A stretch of DNA of 51,105 bases, taken from Sphaerochaetaceae bacterium. GTDB lineage: Bacteria > Bacteroidota > Bacteroidia > Bacteroidales > Bacteroidaceae. The DNA is taken from contig CAVKZC010000001.1 of assembly GCA_963660455.1 (NCBI GenBank), positions 1-51,105 of the forward strand. Direction: 5' to 3'. Numbering within the stretch: position 1 is the stretch's first letter; each line of letters begins with the position of its first letter. Shown here piece after piece: positions 19,073-30,182 of this stretch. The position numbers and the translations under genes are program-made. Under the pieces are notes generated by a model. It was not told the DNA's origin and ran no database searches. It saw only the letters and a program-made list of their open reading frames with translations.

Positions 19073-20929
19073 ATGACAATAACACTCACCATCCTCATCC
19101 TTACCGTTGCCATGTTTATCTGGGGCAAGGTCAGGGCCGACATTGTCGCCCTGACGGCACTTGCCGCCTTGCTCGTCTTCGGCATTCTTACCCCCACAGA
19201 AGCCCTTGCCGGCTTCTCCTCGTCCATCGTCATCATGATGATAGGCCTATTTGTGGTGGGAGGAGCCATCATGCAGACCGGTCTGGCCAAGCTGACCGGC
19301 AACAAGCTCATGGCGCTCTCCCACGGCAACGAAACCGTCACCTTCCTGCTCGTGATGCTCGTCACCTCCTTCATCGGAGCCTTCGTCAGCAACACCGGCA
19401 CCGTGGCGCTCATGATGCCCATCATCATGAGCATAGCCGCCTCCAGTGGCCTGCAGTCGTCGCGCTTCCTCATGCCGCTGGCGTTTGCCGGAAGTCTGGG
19501 AGGCATGCTTACGCTCATCGGTACGCCCCCCAACCTTGTCATCGACGAGACACTCACCGAGGCAGGCTACCAGTCGCTCTCCTTCTTCTCCTTCTTCCCC
19601 GTCGGCATCATCTGCATCGCCATAGGCATCGTGGTGCTGATGCCCTTGAGCCGCATCTTCCTGAACAAGAAAGGGGCAGGAAAGAAAAAGAAGAAAGGCA
19701 AGTCGCTCGACGACCTCGTCACGGAGTACGACCTGCTCAGCAACCTGCAGCGCTACATCGTCCCAGCCCCGGCCAAGGTGAAGGGACACCCCGCCGCCCC
19801 CGTCTCCATCATTGGCAAGAGCCTGAAAGAACTGGACGTGCAGCAGCACTACGGCGTGAGCGTCATAGAGATAAGAAACGAGAAGAAGTCGCGCCTGGGA
19901 CTGGTGAAGGGCGTCAACCAGAACATGGCACGCAGCAGCAGTGTGGTGGGTGAGCAGGACATCCTCTACATCATTGGCGAGGAAGAGCGCATAGCCTGCT
20001 TTGCCGCCGACTATGGCCTGAAGAAGATGCAGAAGGTGAACATCGATTTCTACGACCTCGGCCTTACGGAGATCGTCGTCATGCCCACCTCCACCTTTGC
20101 CGGTCTGCGCATCCGCGAGGCCAACCTGCGCAAGCGTTTCGGCATCAACGTGCTGGGCATCAAGCGCGGCGACGACTACATCACCACCGACATCATAGAC
20201 AGCAAGCTCAAGGTGGGCGACGTGCTGCTCGTACAGGGCGAATGGACCGACCTGGCCCATCTGGCCGACGACACCGCCAACTGGGTATTGCTCGAACAGC
20301 CCGAAAATTCCAAGGCGAAGGTGCTGCTCGACTACAAGGCCCCCATGGCAGCTGCCATCATGCTGCTGATGGTGGCGCTGATGGTGTTCGACTTCATCCC
20401 CGTGGCACCCGTCACGGCAGTCATCATCGCCGGTCTCCTTACCATCTTTACCGGTTGTTTCCGCAATGTAGAAGCCGCCTACAAGACCATCAACTGGGAG
20501 AGCATCGTCCTCATCGCCGCCATGATGCCCATGTCCACTGCCCTGGAGAAGACGGGCGTGTCGGCCCTTGTGTCGCAGACACTCGTCGAGAGCCTCGGCA
20601 GCATGGGGCCCGTGGTGCTGCTGGCAGGCATCTACTTCACCACGTCGCTGCTCACCATGTTCATCAGCAACACCGCCACGGCGGTGCTGATGGCACCCAT
20701 CGCCCTTGCTGCCGCCCAGCAGGTGGAGATCAGCCCCTATGCCTATCTCTTCGCCGTCACGTTAGGAGCCAGCATGTGCTTTGCCTCGCCCTTCTCCACC
20801 CCGCCCAATGCACTGGTGATGAAGGCGGGCGGCTATACGTTTATGGACTATGTGAAGGTAGGACTGCCTCTTCAGGTCATCATAGGCATTGTCATGACGT
20901 TTGTTCTGCCGTTGCTGTTCCCGTTCTGA
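19073..20929 (+). CDS. SLC13/DASS family permease with two TrkA-C domains
   Basis: Many TM helices, SNTG/SNTAT and GTPPNL/STPPN motifs, central TrkA-C-like repeats. Confidence 0.9.
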   Translation: MTITLTILILTVAMFIWGKVRADIVALTALAALLVFGILTPTEALAGFSSSIVIMMIGLFVVGGAIMQTGLAKLTGNKLMALSHGNETVTFLLVMLVTSFIGAFVSNTGTVALMMPIIMSIAASSGLQSSRFLMPLAFAGSLGGMLTLIGTPPNLVIDETLTEAGYQSLSFFSFFPVGIICIAIGIVVLMPLSRIFLNKKGAGKKKKKGKSLDDLVTEYDLLSNLQRYIVPAPAKVKGHPAAPVSIIGKSLKELDVQQHYGVSVIEIRNEKKSRLGLVKGVNQNMARSSSVVGEQDILYIIGEEERIACFAADYGLKKMQKVNIDFYDLGLTEIVVMPTSTFAGLRIREANLRKRFGINVLGIKRGDDYITTDIIDSKLKVGDVLLVQGEWTDLAHLADDTANWVLLEQPENSKAKVLLDYKAPMAAAIMLLMVALMVFDFIPVAPVTAVIIAGLLTIFTGCFRNVEAAYKTINWESIVLIAAMMPMSTALEKTGVSALVSQTLVESLGSMGPVVLLAGIYFTTSLLTMFISNTATAVLMAPIALAAAQQVEISPYAYLFAVTLGASMCFASPFSTPPNALVMKAGGYTFMDYVKVGLPLQVIIGIVMTFVLPLLFPF

Positions 20930-21527
20930 AGCTGAACTCGCAACCGCAGTATTGCTGATTGTAGAAGTCGTTGAGGCGAAGCAGTTCGCCTCTTCGCATC
21001 TGCAGTCCTCCCTTGCGCCAGTTCTGTTCCCACCACCCCACGTCGGGGCATCCGCCCACCGCCGCATGGCCGGCGCGGTCTATCTGCGCTATGTTCTTCC
21101 ATCTCGACGACGCCAGCGTTGTGGTAAGCCACCGGAACCCATGCTCCTGGGCATAGCGTGCCGCCCGCTCCAGCCGGAACAGGAAGCATGCCGAGCACCT
21201 GTTGCCGCGCTCCGGCTCATGCTCCAGCCCCTTTACCGCCGTGAGCCATTCGGCGTGGTCGTATGCGTCCTCCACATAGGGCACGCCCTGTGCGGAGAGG
21301 AAGCGCATCAGCTCCTGCTTGCGTATCTCGTACTCCTCGAGCGGAAAGATGTTGGAGTTGGAGAAAAAGACAGTGGGCCTGATGCCGTTGCGCAGCAGAC
21401 ACTCCACAATGGCCGCCGAGCAGGGGGCACAACAGGCGTGGAGCAGCACGGAACGCTCGTCGGGCGTGCTGCCGTCGGGAAGGCCGACCTTCACATACTT
21501 GTATTGTTCTTCGGGTAGTATCTTCAT
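20892..21527 (-). CDS. queH: Epoxyqueuosine reductase QueH (start likely at MKILPEE, 21527)
   Basis: LLHACCAPC, EPERGNRCSACF..RL, YNQQYCGCEFS; -7 box TAAATTTG at 21570-21563. Confidence 0.9.
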   Translation of the reverse strand: MKILPEEQYKYVKVGLPDGSTPDERSVLLHACCAPCSAAIVECLLRNGIRPTVFFSNSNIFPLEEYEIRKQELMRFLSAQGVPYVEDAYDHAEWLTAVKGLEHEPERGNRCSACFLFRLERAARYAQEHGFRWLTTTLASSRWKNIAQIDRAGHAAVGGCPDVGWWEQNWRKGGLQMRRGELLRLNDFYNQQYCGCEFSFRTGTATAEQTS

Positions 21528-21639
21528 AGGTGGTTGAGGAGGGAATCTAAAAAATGCGGATACAAATTTATACAAAACCTATGAGAAACACGAAAGATTT
21601 GACAGAAAATGTTTGTTTGCCTGCTAAGTAATCGCAAAA

Positions 21640-21901
21640 CATCACATCCTTTTCTTGCAGATGGTGAACGAAGTCATAGATACTTGCCACTTGGTCGGCA
21701 ATCTGCCGATTGAACAGCAATGACTGGGGGTGGTTCTTTACCTTTTGGTTGTTCCCCCCATTGGTCAGAATACAGCTTGACACCAGTACTGATAAATTTC
21801 CGCTTACTCAGGTGCGTTACATCCAGTTGCACGGAGGCTTGGCGTTTTTTGGTGGCCACGTGCTTTCTATCAAAGACGAGCCGAACTGATACTTGATTCA
21901 T
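21640..21901 (-). pseudogene. Truncated, frameshifted tyrosine integrase (N-terminal arm-DNA-binding domain only)
   Basis: VRLVFDRK...VQLDVT..KRKFISTGVKLYSDQW, continuing in another frame as NNQKVKNHPQSLLFNRQI after a G6 run (21754-21759); lies just beyond the tRNA 3' end; no catalytic domain. Confidence 0.75.
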
Positions 21902-21949
21902 ACTTTTACCACTTTTAGAGGTCGGTAAATGCAGAGAGAAGCATTTTGC

Positions 21950-21985
21950 GTATCGGGTATCGAGCAGGGTATCGAATTGGTATCG
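21950..21985. repeat. Four GTATCG direct repeats (putative integrase arm-binding sites)
   Basis: GTATCG at 21950, 21957, 21969 and 21980, between the tRNA and the integrase remnant. Confidence 0.6.
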
Positions 21986-22105
21986 AAACTTTGCCGTAGT
22001 CTGACATTTTACATCATGTCATGTCGTAGCACCGAAACACTTTCCGACACTCCTAAAAACACTATGTATCAGCGTCTTACCAACCAATTGACTGCAAGTC
22101 AATAC

Positions 22106-22134
22106 AAAAAAAGAGGACTATTACATCCTCTTTT
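22106..22134 (-). terminator. Terminator downstream of tRNA-Arg
   Basis: Minus strand AAAAGAGGA-loop-TCCTCTTTTTTT immediately after the tRNA 3' end. Confidence 0.65.
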
Positions 22135-22136
22135 CG

Positions 22137-22211
22137 TGATTCCGTTGGGGTTCGAACCCAAGACCCACAGCTTAGAAGGCTGTTGCTCTAATCCAACTGA
22201 GCTACGGAACC
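22137..22211 (-). tRNA. tRNA-Arg(TCT)
   Basis: GGTTCCGTAGCTCAGTTGGATTAGAGCAACAGCCTTCTAAGCTGTGGGTCTTGGGTTCGAACCCCAACGGAATCA: cloverleaf, TTCGA T-loop, anticodon TCT; CCA not encoded. Confidence 0.97.
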
Positions 22212-22231
22212 ATCATCTTAAAAAACGACTG

Positions 22232-22263
22232 CAAAGGTAATGCTTTTTTTGCGGTTTACCAAA
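22232..22263 (-). promoter_or_regulatory. tRNA-Arg promoter
   Basis: TTTG (22263-22260), 20 nt spacer, TACCTTTG (22239-22232). Confidence 0.75.
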
Positions 22264-22359
22264 TATTTTGCGAGTTTTTTGTTTTTCGCAACACATTTGC
22301 CCTTTGGTTGGCAGACAAGGCAACTTGGCACATTCTCCACTGCAGCCGTTTTCCGTAGT

Positions 22360-24345
22360 CTACGAATTCATGGAGAGAAGGAACTCCTCGTTGTTGCGCG
22401 TACGCTCCATGCTGCTGTGTATCGTGTTCATGGCCTCTACGGGGTTCATGTCGGCTATGTACTTGCGCAGAATCCACATACGGTCGAGCGTGGTGCGGTC
22501 CTGCAGCAGGTCGTCGCGGCGTGTAGACGAAGCCACCAGGTTGACGGCAGGGAAGATGCGCTTGTTGCTGAGCGAGCGGTCGAGCTGCAACTCCATGTTA
22601 CCCGTACCCTTGAATTCCTCGAAGATGACCTCGTCCATCTTACTGCCCGTGTCGATGAGGGCAGTGGCGATGATGGTGAGCGAACCGCCGCCCTCTATGT
22701 TGCGCGCAGCACCGAAGAAGCGCTTGGGTTTCTGCAGGGCATTGGCGTCGACACCACCCGTGAGCACCTTGCCTGAGGCAGGAGCCACCGTGTTGTAGGC
22801 GCGAGCCAGGCGGGTAATGGAATCGAGGAAGATGACCACATCGTGTCCGCACTCCACCATGCGCTTGGCCTTCTCCAGTACGATGCCCGCTATCTTGACG
22901 TGGCGCTCTGCCGGTTCGTCGAACGTAGAGGCTATGACCTCGGCGTTGACCGTGCGCGACATGTCAGTCACCTCCTCAGGGCGCTCGTCTATGAGGAGCA
23001 TCATGAGGTAAGCCTCAGGATGATTGGCTGCTATAGCGTTGGCAATGTCCTTCATGAGGATGGTCTTACCCGTCTTGGGCTGGGCCACGATGAGGGCGCG
23101 CTGCCCCTTGCCTATGGGCGAGAAGAGATCTACGATGCGCGTGCTGAGATTGGTAGTCTTGGGGTCGGAGCACAACTTGAACTTCACGTCGGGGAAGAGA
23201 GGCGTGAGGTGCTCGAAGGGTATGCGGTCGCGCACCTCGCCGGGATTGCGTCCGTTTATCTTGCTGATGTCGGATATGGGGAAGTACTTCTCGCCCTCGC
23301 GCGGCGGCCGCACATGGCAATTCACCACGTCGCCCGTCTTCAGGCCGTAGCGCTTCACGGTATTGGCCGGCACGTAGACATCGTCTGGAGACGAGAGATA
23401 GTTGTAGTCGCTGCTACGCAGAAATCCGTATCCGTCGGGCATCACCTCAAGCACGCCGTTGGCGGTGATGATATTGTTGAAGTCGTATGCCCCACCCTTG
23501 CTGTTGGCGGGAGCAGGCACCGACTCGGTGCGTGTTGCAGGCATGGTGGTGGGGCGGTCGAAGATGTCGTAGGTGGGCATGGCCCCCAGGTCTTCTATGG
23601 GCAGGTCGACTACGGGGATGAAGTCGGTACCGTCGCCCGGGTCGCCCTCCCATACACCCTTGGCTGCAGCCTCGCACGGAGCATCGCTTGTGTCGGCAGA
23701 CTGCTGCGGAGCATCCGTGGCACTGGCCTCTGCCTGTTGGGGCGTAGCCTCTTCGGCAGGTTGGGCAGCATCAGCGGTCTCTACACCCGCCTTGGCCTTG
23801 AGCGCTGCCGCCTTGGCTGCGGCTATGGCCTCCAGTTCGGCCTTGCTTTTGCGTCCGCGGTGTTTGGGGAAGGAGGCCAGCACGGCAGCCTCGTCTATCT
23901 GGACATCGGCGGCAGGGGCTGGCGCGTCACCGACAGGGACTCCCTGAACATAGGGGACTTCCTGAGCCTCGGGGGCAGGTACTGCTTCCGGCTCGGCGGC
24001 ACGGGGAGCTACCTCTTCTATTTGCTTGAACAGCGATTCCTCCGTAGGGTGCGACGGACCGGACGCCTGGTTTTTCATCACGTCATAGTTTTCGCCTTTC
24101 TTGCCTTTCACGGAGTATACCTTGTCGTCTTTCTTGGTTGTTATCCTTGCCCTTTTGCGCTTGGCGGGCAAGGCGTCTGCAGGTGCCTCTCCGCCTACGC
24201 CTGCCTTACCTTCGGCCTGGGCGTCGAGGATGGCATAGACAATGCTCTCCTTGTTGTCGCCAGCCTTCAGTTTCACGCCCATCTGGCGAGCAATATCCTT
24301 GAGCGTAACGACATTCTTAGCTGTTAATTCGTCTTTGCTATACAT
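22360..24345 (-). CDS. rho: Transcription termination factor Rho with long low-complexity insertion (true start MYSKDEL at 24345)
   Basis: DGYGFLR RNA-binding motif, [45 protein letters not shown]; the ORF-track extension to 25233 is antisense to the ABC-F gene. Confidence 0.96.
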   Translation of the reverse strand: MYSKDELTAKNVVTLKDIARQMGVKLKAGDNKESIVYAILDAQAEGKAGVGGEAPADALPAKRKRARITTKKDDKVYSVKGKKGENYDVMKNQASGPSHPTEESLFKQIEEVAPRAAEPEAVPAPEAQEVPYVQGVPVGDAPAPAADVQIDEAAVLASFPKHRGRKSKAELEAIAAAKAAALKAKAGVETADAAQPAEEATPQQAEASATDAPQQSADTSDAPCEAAAKGVWEGDPGDGTDFIPVVDLPIEDLGAMPTYDIFDRPTTMPATRTESVPAPANSKGGAYDFNNIITANGVLEVMPDGYGFLRSSDYNYLSSPDDVYVPANTVKRYGLKTGDVVNCHVRPPREGEKYFPISDISKINGRNPGEVRDRIPFEHLTPLFPDVKFKLCSDPKTTNLSTRIVDLFSPIGKGQRALIVAQPKTGKTILMKDIANAIAANHPEAYLMMLLIDERPEEVTDMSRTVNAEVIASTFDEPAERHVKIAGIVLEKAKRMVECGHDVVIFLDSITRLARAYNTVAPASGKVLTGGVDANALQKPKRFFGAARNIEGGGSLTIIATALIDTGSKMDEVIFEEFKGTGNMELQLDRSLSNKRIFPAVNLVASSTRRDDLLQDRTTLDRMWILRKYIADMNPVEAMNTIHSSMERTRNNEEFLLSMNS

Positions 24346-24432
24346 TATATAAATATGTGTATATGAAGTTTTGACTGTCATGAAATGCGTTTCGCAAGAG
24401 GAGGAAACGCCTGATAGTGTTAAAATCGAGTG

Positions 24433-24482
24433 CAAAGATAAGTAAAAATATTCGTTTCTGCAAAATATTTTCGCTATCTTTG
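24433..24482. promoter_or_regulatory. Divergent promoters for rho (minus) and ABC-F (plus)
   Basis: Minus TATCTTTG (24440-24433) with TTTG 20 nt upstream; plus TATCTTTG (24475-24482). Confidence 0.65.
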
Positions 24483-24498
24483 CAAAAAATATTAAGTC

Positions 24499-26310
24499 AT
24501 GGCAAGTCAAATACCCTATTTGGACGTACAGAACCTCACCAAACGCTTTGGCGCACAGGTGTTGTTCGAGAACATTTCCTTCTCCATCGCGGAGGGGCAG
24601 AAGGTGGGACTCGTGGCACGCAACGGCACCGGAAAGTCGACCCTCATGTCCGTGCTCATGGACAAGGAGGGGCACGAGGGCGGAAGCATCATCTACCGGC
24701 GCGACCTGAAACTGGGTTTTCTGGAGCAGTCGCCCGTGTTCAACCCCGAGGAGAGCGTGCTCGATGCCTGCTTCAACCACCACGGCGATCCCGAGCGCGT
24801 GCTCAAGGCACGGCAGATACTTACGCAGTTGCACATCGACGACCTGGAGCAGCCCATGGGGCAGCTCAGCGGCGGACAGCAGAAACGCGTGGCACTGGCC
24901 AACGTGCTCATTACCGAGCCCGACTTCCTGATGCTCGACGAGCCTACCAACCACCTCGACCTGGAGATGATAGAGTGGCTGGAGGGATACCTCAACCGCG
25001 GCAACAAGACCATCTTCATGGTGACGCACGACCGCTTCTTCCTCGACAAGGTGTGCAACGTGATACTCGAACTGGACAACCGCAGTGTATACACCTACCG
25101 CGGCAACTACGCCTACTACCTGGACAAGAGGCAGGAACGCATGAACAACCTGCGCGCGGAGATACAGCACTCGCGCAACCTCTACCGCCGCGAACTGGAA
25201 TGGATGAGGAGGCAGCCGCAGGCACGGGGCCACAAGGCCAAATACCGCGAGGACGCCTTCTACGAACTGGAGAAGGTGGCACGCCAGCGCATAGAGGACA
25301 GGCAGGTAAGGCTCAAGGCATCAACGGTGTACATTGGCTCCAAGGTATTCGAATGCCAGTATGTCTGCAAGACCTTCAACGACAGGGGACAGCAGAAGGT
25401 GATACTGCGCGACTTCTACTACAACTTTGCACGCTTCGAGAAAATGGGCATCGTGGGCAACAACGGCACGGGAAAGTCGACCTTTATCAAGATGCTCCTG
25501 GGAGAGGTGAAACCAGACAGTGGGGCGTTCGACATAGGCGAGACCGTACGCTTCGGATATTTCTCGCAGGAAGGACTGAAGTTCCGCGACGACCAGAAGG
25601 TGATAGACGTCATTACCGACATAGCCGACTACATAGACCTGGGCGGCGGACGCCACATGACGGCATCGCAGTTTCTGCAGTTCTTCCTCTTTACGCCCGA
25701 AGAGCAGCACAACTATGTGGCGAAGCTCAGCGGAGGAGAGAAACGCAAGCTGTACCTCTGCACCGTGCTGATGAAGAACCCCAACTTCCTGGTGCTGGAC
25801 GAGCCTACCAACGACCTCGACATACAGACGCTGCAGGTGCTGGAGGAGTATCTGCAGGACTTCCCGGGATGTGTCATCGTGGTGAGCCACGACCGTTACT
25901 TCATGGACAAGGTGGTGGACCACCTGCTCGTGTTCAAGGGCGACGGAGAGATACAGGACTTCCCCGGCAACTATACGCAGTACCGCGAATGGAGCAAGAT
26001 GCAGCCCATGGAGGCCGCCACTCACCCCAAGGAGACACCCGCAGCCGACAAAGCTACAGCCCCCGCCCACCGCGATGCCGTCCCCGGCTCCCGACGCAAG
26101 ATGACGTACAAGGAGAAACGCGAGTACGAACAGCTGGGCAAGGAGATAGAACAGCTGACGCAAGAGCAGAAACGCCTGGAAGAGGAGCTGTGCAGCGGCA
26201 CGCTCTCCGTCGACCAGCTCACCGAGAAGAGCAAACGCCTGCCCGAGATAAAGGACGCCCTCGACGAGAAGGAGATGAGGTGGCTCGAACTTGCAGAAAT
26301 AGAGGGATAG
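24499..26310 (+). CDS. ABC-F family ATPase (Uup-like)
   Basis: Two ABC cassettes ([17 protein letters not shown]), no TM segments, C-terminal coiled coil ending RWLEL. Confidence 0.92.
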   Translation: MASQIPYLDVQNLTKRFGAQVLFENISFSIAEGQKVGLVARNGTGKSTLMSVLMDKEGHEGGSIIYRRDLKLGFLEQSPVFNPEESVLDACFNHHGDPERVLKARQILTQLHIDDLEQPMGQLSGGQQKRVALANVLITEPDFLMLDEPTNHLDLEMIEWLEGYLNRGNKTIFMVTHDRFFLDKVCNVILELDNRSVYTYRGNYAYYLDKRQERMNNLRAEIQHSRNLYRRELEWMRRQPQARGHKAKYREDAFYELEKVARQRIEDRQVRLKASTVYIGSKVFECQYVCKTFNDRGQQKVILRDFYYNFARFEKMGIVGNNGTGKSTFIKMLLGEVKPDSGAFDIGETVRFGYFSQEGLKFRDDQKVIDVITDIADYIDLGGGRHMTASQFLQFFLFTPEEQHNYVAKLSGGEKRKLYLCTVLMKNPNFLVLDEPTNDLDIQTLQVLEEYLQDFPGCVIVVSHDRYFMDKVVDHLLVFKGDGEIQDFPGNYTQYREWSKMQPMEAATHPKETPAADKATAPAHRDAVPGSRRKMTYKEKREYEQLGKEIEQLTQEQKRLEEELCSGTLSVDQLTEKSKRLPEIKDALDEKEMRWLELAEIEG

Positions 26311-26407
26311 AGCGACACTTCTAAAGAAGAACTTTAGGAACACCCTTTAAATCATCACTTACACACAATGCGTGGACTTTAGGACACGCACGGATACAAC
26401 AAGAACA

Positions 26408-27013
26408 ATGGAAATAAAGAAATCGGAATTTACACTCTCGGCACCGCGCCTGAGCATGTGCCCCAAGGACGACAAGCCGGAATATGCCTTCATAGGCAGG
26501 AGCAACGTGGGAAAGTCGAGCCTCATCAATATGCTGTGCAACCACAAGGGACTGGCCAAGACCTCTGCCACGCCCGGAAAGACACTGCTCATCAACCACT
26601 TCATCATCAACAACGAGTGGTATCTCGTCGACCTTCCCGGATACGGATTCGCCAAACGGTCGAAAACCGTGCAGAAGCAGTTGGAGCAGATGATAAGCAG
26701 CTACATACTGCAGCGCCCGCAGCTGGCCAACGTCTTCGTACTCATAGACGTGCGCCACGACCAGCAGAAGATAGACCGCGAGTTCGTAGACTGGCTAGGT
26801 GAGAGCGGCGTGCCCTTCTGCATCGTCTTCACCAAGGCCGACAAACTGGGTCCGGGAAAGGCCAAGATGAATGCCGACAAATGGATGAGGGCGCTGGAAG
26901 ACCGCTGGGAGGAACTGCCCCCCTACTTCATCACCAGCAGCGAGAAAAAACTGGGGCGCGACGAGGTGCTCGACTACATAGAGCAGATAAACAAGGAACT
27001 GGCGGAGAAATAA
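26408..27013 (+). CDS. engB: Ribosome-biogenesis GTPase YihA/EngB (start likely 26408)
   Basis: [25 protein letters not shown]. Confidence 0.96.
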   Translation: MEIKKSEFTLSAPRLSMCPKDDKPEYAFIGRSNVGKSSLINMLCNHKGLAKTSATPGKTLLINHFIINNEWYLVDLPGYGFAKRSKTVQKQLEQMISSYILQRPQLANVFVLIDVRHDQQKIDREFVDWLGESGVPFCIVFTKADKLGPGKAKMNADKWMRALEDRWEELPPYFITSSEKKLGRDEVLDYIEQINKELAEK

Positions 27014-27083
27014 CAGAAAAAAAGGGGCGCAAACCGTACCTAGTTATTATCACTAAAACGGGAGACAAACCTATACAAAAAAC

Positions 27084-28067
27084 ATGAAACAGATAGGATG
27101 GGGCTTCATCGGATGCGGTGAAGTGACAGAAAAGAAGTCGGGACCCGCCTTCAACGAAGTGGAGGGGTCGCGCATCGTGGCGGTAATGAGCCGCCACGAA
27201 GAGAGGGCACGCAGCTATGCCGAACGCCACCACGTGCGCAAATGGTATACCGACGCACAGGAACTCATAGACGACCCCGATGTCAACGCCGTATACATAG
27301 CCACGCCGCCGTCGTCGCACGCCACCTTTGCCGTCATGGCCATGAGGGCAGGCAAACCCGTATATGTGGAGAAACCACTGGCGGCAAGCTACAACGACTG
27401 CATACGCATCAACCGCGTGAGCGAACAGACCGGCGTGCCCTGCTTCGTGGCTTACTACCGCCGATACCTGCCCTACTTCCAGAAGGTGAAGCAGATCGTG
27501 AAGAGCGGATGTATAGGACAGGTAATAAACGTGCAGGTGCGATTCTCTGCTCCGCCGCGCGACATGGACTCTGCCACCGGGAAGAACGCACCGTGGCGCG
27601 TACAGCCCGACATCTCGGGAGGCGGATATTTCTATGACCTCGCACCCCACCAGATAGACCTGCTGCAGGACATCTTCGGCATTATAACACGCGCACACGG
27701 CTACCCCGCCAACAGGGCACACCTCTACGGGGCGGAAGACACCGTGTCGGCATGCTTCTACTTCGAGAGCGGCATCCCGGGCAGCGGATCGTGGTGCTTC
27801 GTGGGACACGAGAGTGCAAAGGAAGACCGCATCGAACTCATAGGCGACAAGGGGTCGCTCTCCTTCTCCGTCTTCAACTACGACCCCATACTCCTCGTCA
27901 CCAGCGAGGGAAGGAGAAGCATCACCGTGCCCAACCCGCCCTACGTGCAGTTGCCACTCATCAAGAACGTGATAGAAGACCTTCAGGGCATCGACAGCTG
28001 CACCTGTACCAGCATCTCGGCCACACCCACCAACTGGGTGCTCGACCGCATACTCTGGAAGAACTAA
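27084..28067 (+). CDS. Gfo/Idh/MocA family oxidoreductase
   Basis: GFIGCG, IATPP..H, VEKP, SGGGYFYDLAPH. Confidence 0.92.
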   Translation: MKQIGWGFIGCGEVTEKKSGPAFNEVEGSRIVAVMSRHEERARSYAERHHVRKWYTDAQELIDDPDVNAVYIATPPSSHATFAVMAMRAGKPVYVEKPLAASYNDCIRINRVSEQTGVPCFVAYYRRYLPYFQKVKQIVKSGCIGQVINVQVRFSAPPRDMDSATGKNAPWRVQPDISGGGYFYDLAPHQIDLLQDIFGIITRAHGYPANRAHLYGAEDTVSACFYFESGIPGSGSWCFVGHESAKEDRIELIGDKGSLSFSVFNYDPILLVTSEGRRSITVPNPPYVQLPLIKNVIEDLQGIDSCTCTSISATPTNWVLDRILWKN

Positions 28068-28089
28068 ACAACCATCATAAGAGAGAGAA

Positions 28090-29274
28090 GTGTCTACAAG
28101 TATAAGGCTTTGGATGGCCGGCACCATGGTGTGCTGCACGCTGTGTGCCCATGCGGCAGACAAGCGACTGACGGTAGTGCCCGACTCCGTGTATGCGGAA
28201 ACGGACACCATCGACGCAGCCGCACGCCGACACCTGTCCGACAGCCTGAAAAGGGAGAAACACAAGCGCTCGTTCTTCCACAAGGTGGGCGACGTCTTCA
28301 CGCGCTTCTTCCGCGAGTTTGACAACACCGACAGCACCTACATCGAACCGCAGCACTACAACTATACCGTCATGCTGCAGAACACCAACACCTACGAACT
28401 TTACACCCTCTCCAACAAGGACGGGCAGAGCGTCACCTTCGCACCCGACGTGTCCTACCGCATGGGGCCCTACGTGGGATGGAGATGGGTATTCCTGGGA
28501 TATACCGTCGACCTGAAGAACATCGGTTTCTGGACACACAACACGTCGAAGAAGGAGTTTGACCTGAGCCTCTACAGCAGCATGCTGGGCGTAGACCTCT
28601 TCTGGAGGGAGACGGGCAACGACTACCACATACAGAAGATAGAAGTAGGCGACGACGTGGACATGTCGCCCATGCACGGCGTAGACTTTGACGGGTTCAA
28701 GTCGAGCATCAAGGGCTTCAACCTTTACTACATCTTCAACCATCGAAGATTCTCTTATCCAGCCGCTTACTCGCAAAGTTCCGTACAGCGCCGCAGCACA
28801 GGAAGCGCCCTAGCGGGCATCGGCTTTACACGCCACACGCTCGACGTGGACTGGACCACACTGGAGCAAACCATACAGGACAAGATGGGCGAAGCATGGG
28901 GCAAGAAATTCAACCAGAGCATCAAGCAAAGCACCGTGAGCTACTCCTCTTTCTCACTGAGTGGAGGATATTCGTACAACTGGGTGTTTGCACACAACTT
29001 CCTCTTCAACGCCTCTCTCTCGGCTGCCCTTACCTATAACCACACTTCATCCAACGGCGAGAACGAGGAGAAGAAATCGCACCAACTGTTCAACTTCAGC
29101 AACTTCAACATCGACGGCATAGGACGCTTCGCACTGGTATGGAACAACACGAGGTGGTATGCCGGTGCCAGCTGCATCATCCACTCCTACAACTACCAGC
29201 GAAGCCAGTTCTCCACCAACAACTCGTTCGGGTCGCTCAACATCTACTTCGGCGTCAACTTCGGGCGAAGGTAA
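28090..29274 (+). CDS. Outer-membrane beta-barrel protein (DUF4421-like)
   Basis: Signal peptide, amphipathic beta strands, FSYPAAYSQS..QRRS.GS motif, C-terminal FGVNF. Confidence 0.7.
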   Translation: MSTSIRLWMAGTMVCCTLCAHAADKRLTVVPDSVYAETDTIDAAARRHLSDSLKREKHKRSFFHKVGDVFTRFFREFDNTDSTYIEPQHYNYTVMLQNTNTYELYTLSNKDGQSVTFAPDVSYRMGPYVGWRWVFLGYTVDLKNIGFWTHNTSKKEFDLSLYSSMLGVDLFWRETGNDYHIQKIEVGDDVDMSPMHGVDFDGFKSSIKGFNLYYIFNHRRFSYPAAYSQSSVQRRSTGSALAGIGFTRHTLDVDWTTLEQTIQDKMGEAWGKKFNQSIKQSTVSYSSFSLSGGYSYNWVFAHNFLFNASLSAALTYNHTSSNGENEEKKSHQLFNFSNFNIDGIGRFALVWNNTRWYAGASCIIHSYNYQRSQFSTNNSFGSLNIYFGVNFGRR

Positions 29275-29312
29275 CTCCCCCACTCTACACATCTTGCGAA
29301 AAACAAAAAACG

Positions 29313-30176
29313 ATGAAACCATCAAGAATCCTTTCCCTCCTTTTCCTCCTTACCCTCCTTTCCTGCCCTGCACATGCACAATGGCGCAGCAGCGACAGCC
29401 TGCGCATCGTAAGGCTTCTGGAAGAAGCCGGAAGCCTGAAGCAGAAACCGGAAAACTGGATGCTGTGGTTCGGCAAGAAATTTGCAGGCATCCCCTACGT
29501 GGCAGGCACGCTCGACCGCAACGACGAGGAACGGCTCGTGGTAAACACACGCCAGATGGACTGCTCCACCTTTGTAGAGACCGTCACCGCCCTGACACTA
29601 TGCGCCCACAACGGCGAGACGGCATTTGCCGATTTCTGCCGGCGGCTGACCGACGTAAGATATGCCGACGGACAAGTGGCATACACCTCGCGCAACCATT
29701 ACTTCACCCGATGGGCAGAGGCCAACGGGTGCAAGGGATTTGTCAAAGACATCTGTCCCTCGCCCCCCTTCACCGCCCGCCAAACAGTAGATGTGTACTG
29801 GATGAGCACGCACGTGGCCCATTACCGTATGCTCACCGCCCATCCCGAGTGGCTGCAACCCGTCAAGGACATGGAGCGGAGTATCAGCGGAAGGCAGTAC
29901 CGATACATTCCCAAGGACGCGATAAAGGACAACGCCCTCTTCCGTGCCACCATCCACGACGGCGACATCATAGCCATCATTACAAACAAGAAAGGTCTCG
30001 ACACCACCCATCTGGGCATTGCCTTATGGCACAGCGACGGCCTGCACCTGCTCAATGCCAGCAGCATACACAAGAAGGTCGTTGACGAACCGATGCTCCT
30101 GGCCCGCTACATGCGACGGCATCCCTCGCAGGCAGGCATCAGGGTGTGCAGGGTGACGGGTGCCGAGACTAAGTAG
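29313..30176 (+). CDS. DUF1460 / NlpC-P60-like N-acetylmuramoyl-L-alanine amidase (start likely 29313)
   Basis: Signal peptide, GIPYVAGTL, DCSTFVE (catalytic Cys), RNHYF, GLDTTHLG, LLNASS. Confidence 0.85.
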   Translation: MKPSRILSLLFLLTLLSCPAHAQWRSSDSLRIVRLLEEAGSLKQKPENWMLWFGKKFAGIPYVAGTLDRNDEERLVVNTRQMDCSTFVETVTALTLCAHNGETAFADFCRRLTDVRYADGQVAYTSRNHYFTRWAEANGCKGFVKDICPSPPFTARQTVDVYWMSTHVAHYRMLTAHPEWLQPVKDMERSISGRQYRYIPKDAIKDNALFRATIHDGDIIAIITNKKGLDTTHLGIALWHSDGLHLLNASSIHKKVVDEPMLLARYMRRHPSQAGIRVCRVTGAETK

Positions 30177-30182
30177 GCACCG

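Noticed and set aside
21929..22240. 103-aa ORF on the plus strand
   Set aside because: It runs antisense through the tRNA and att-like region; spurious
24346..25233. 957-aa Rho ORF with a ~295-aa N-terminal extension
   Set aside because: The extension is the antisense frame of the ABC-F gene plus the promoter region; the rho promoter at 24433-24464 supports a start at 24345
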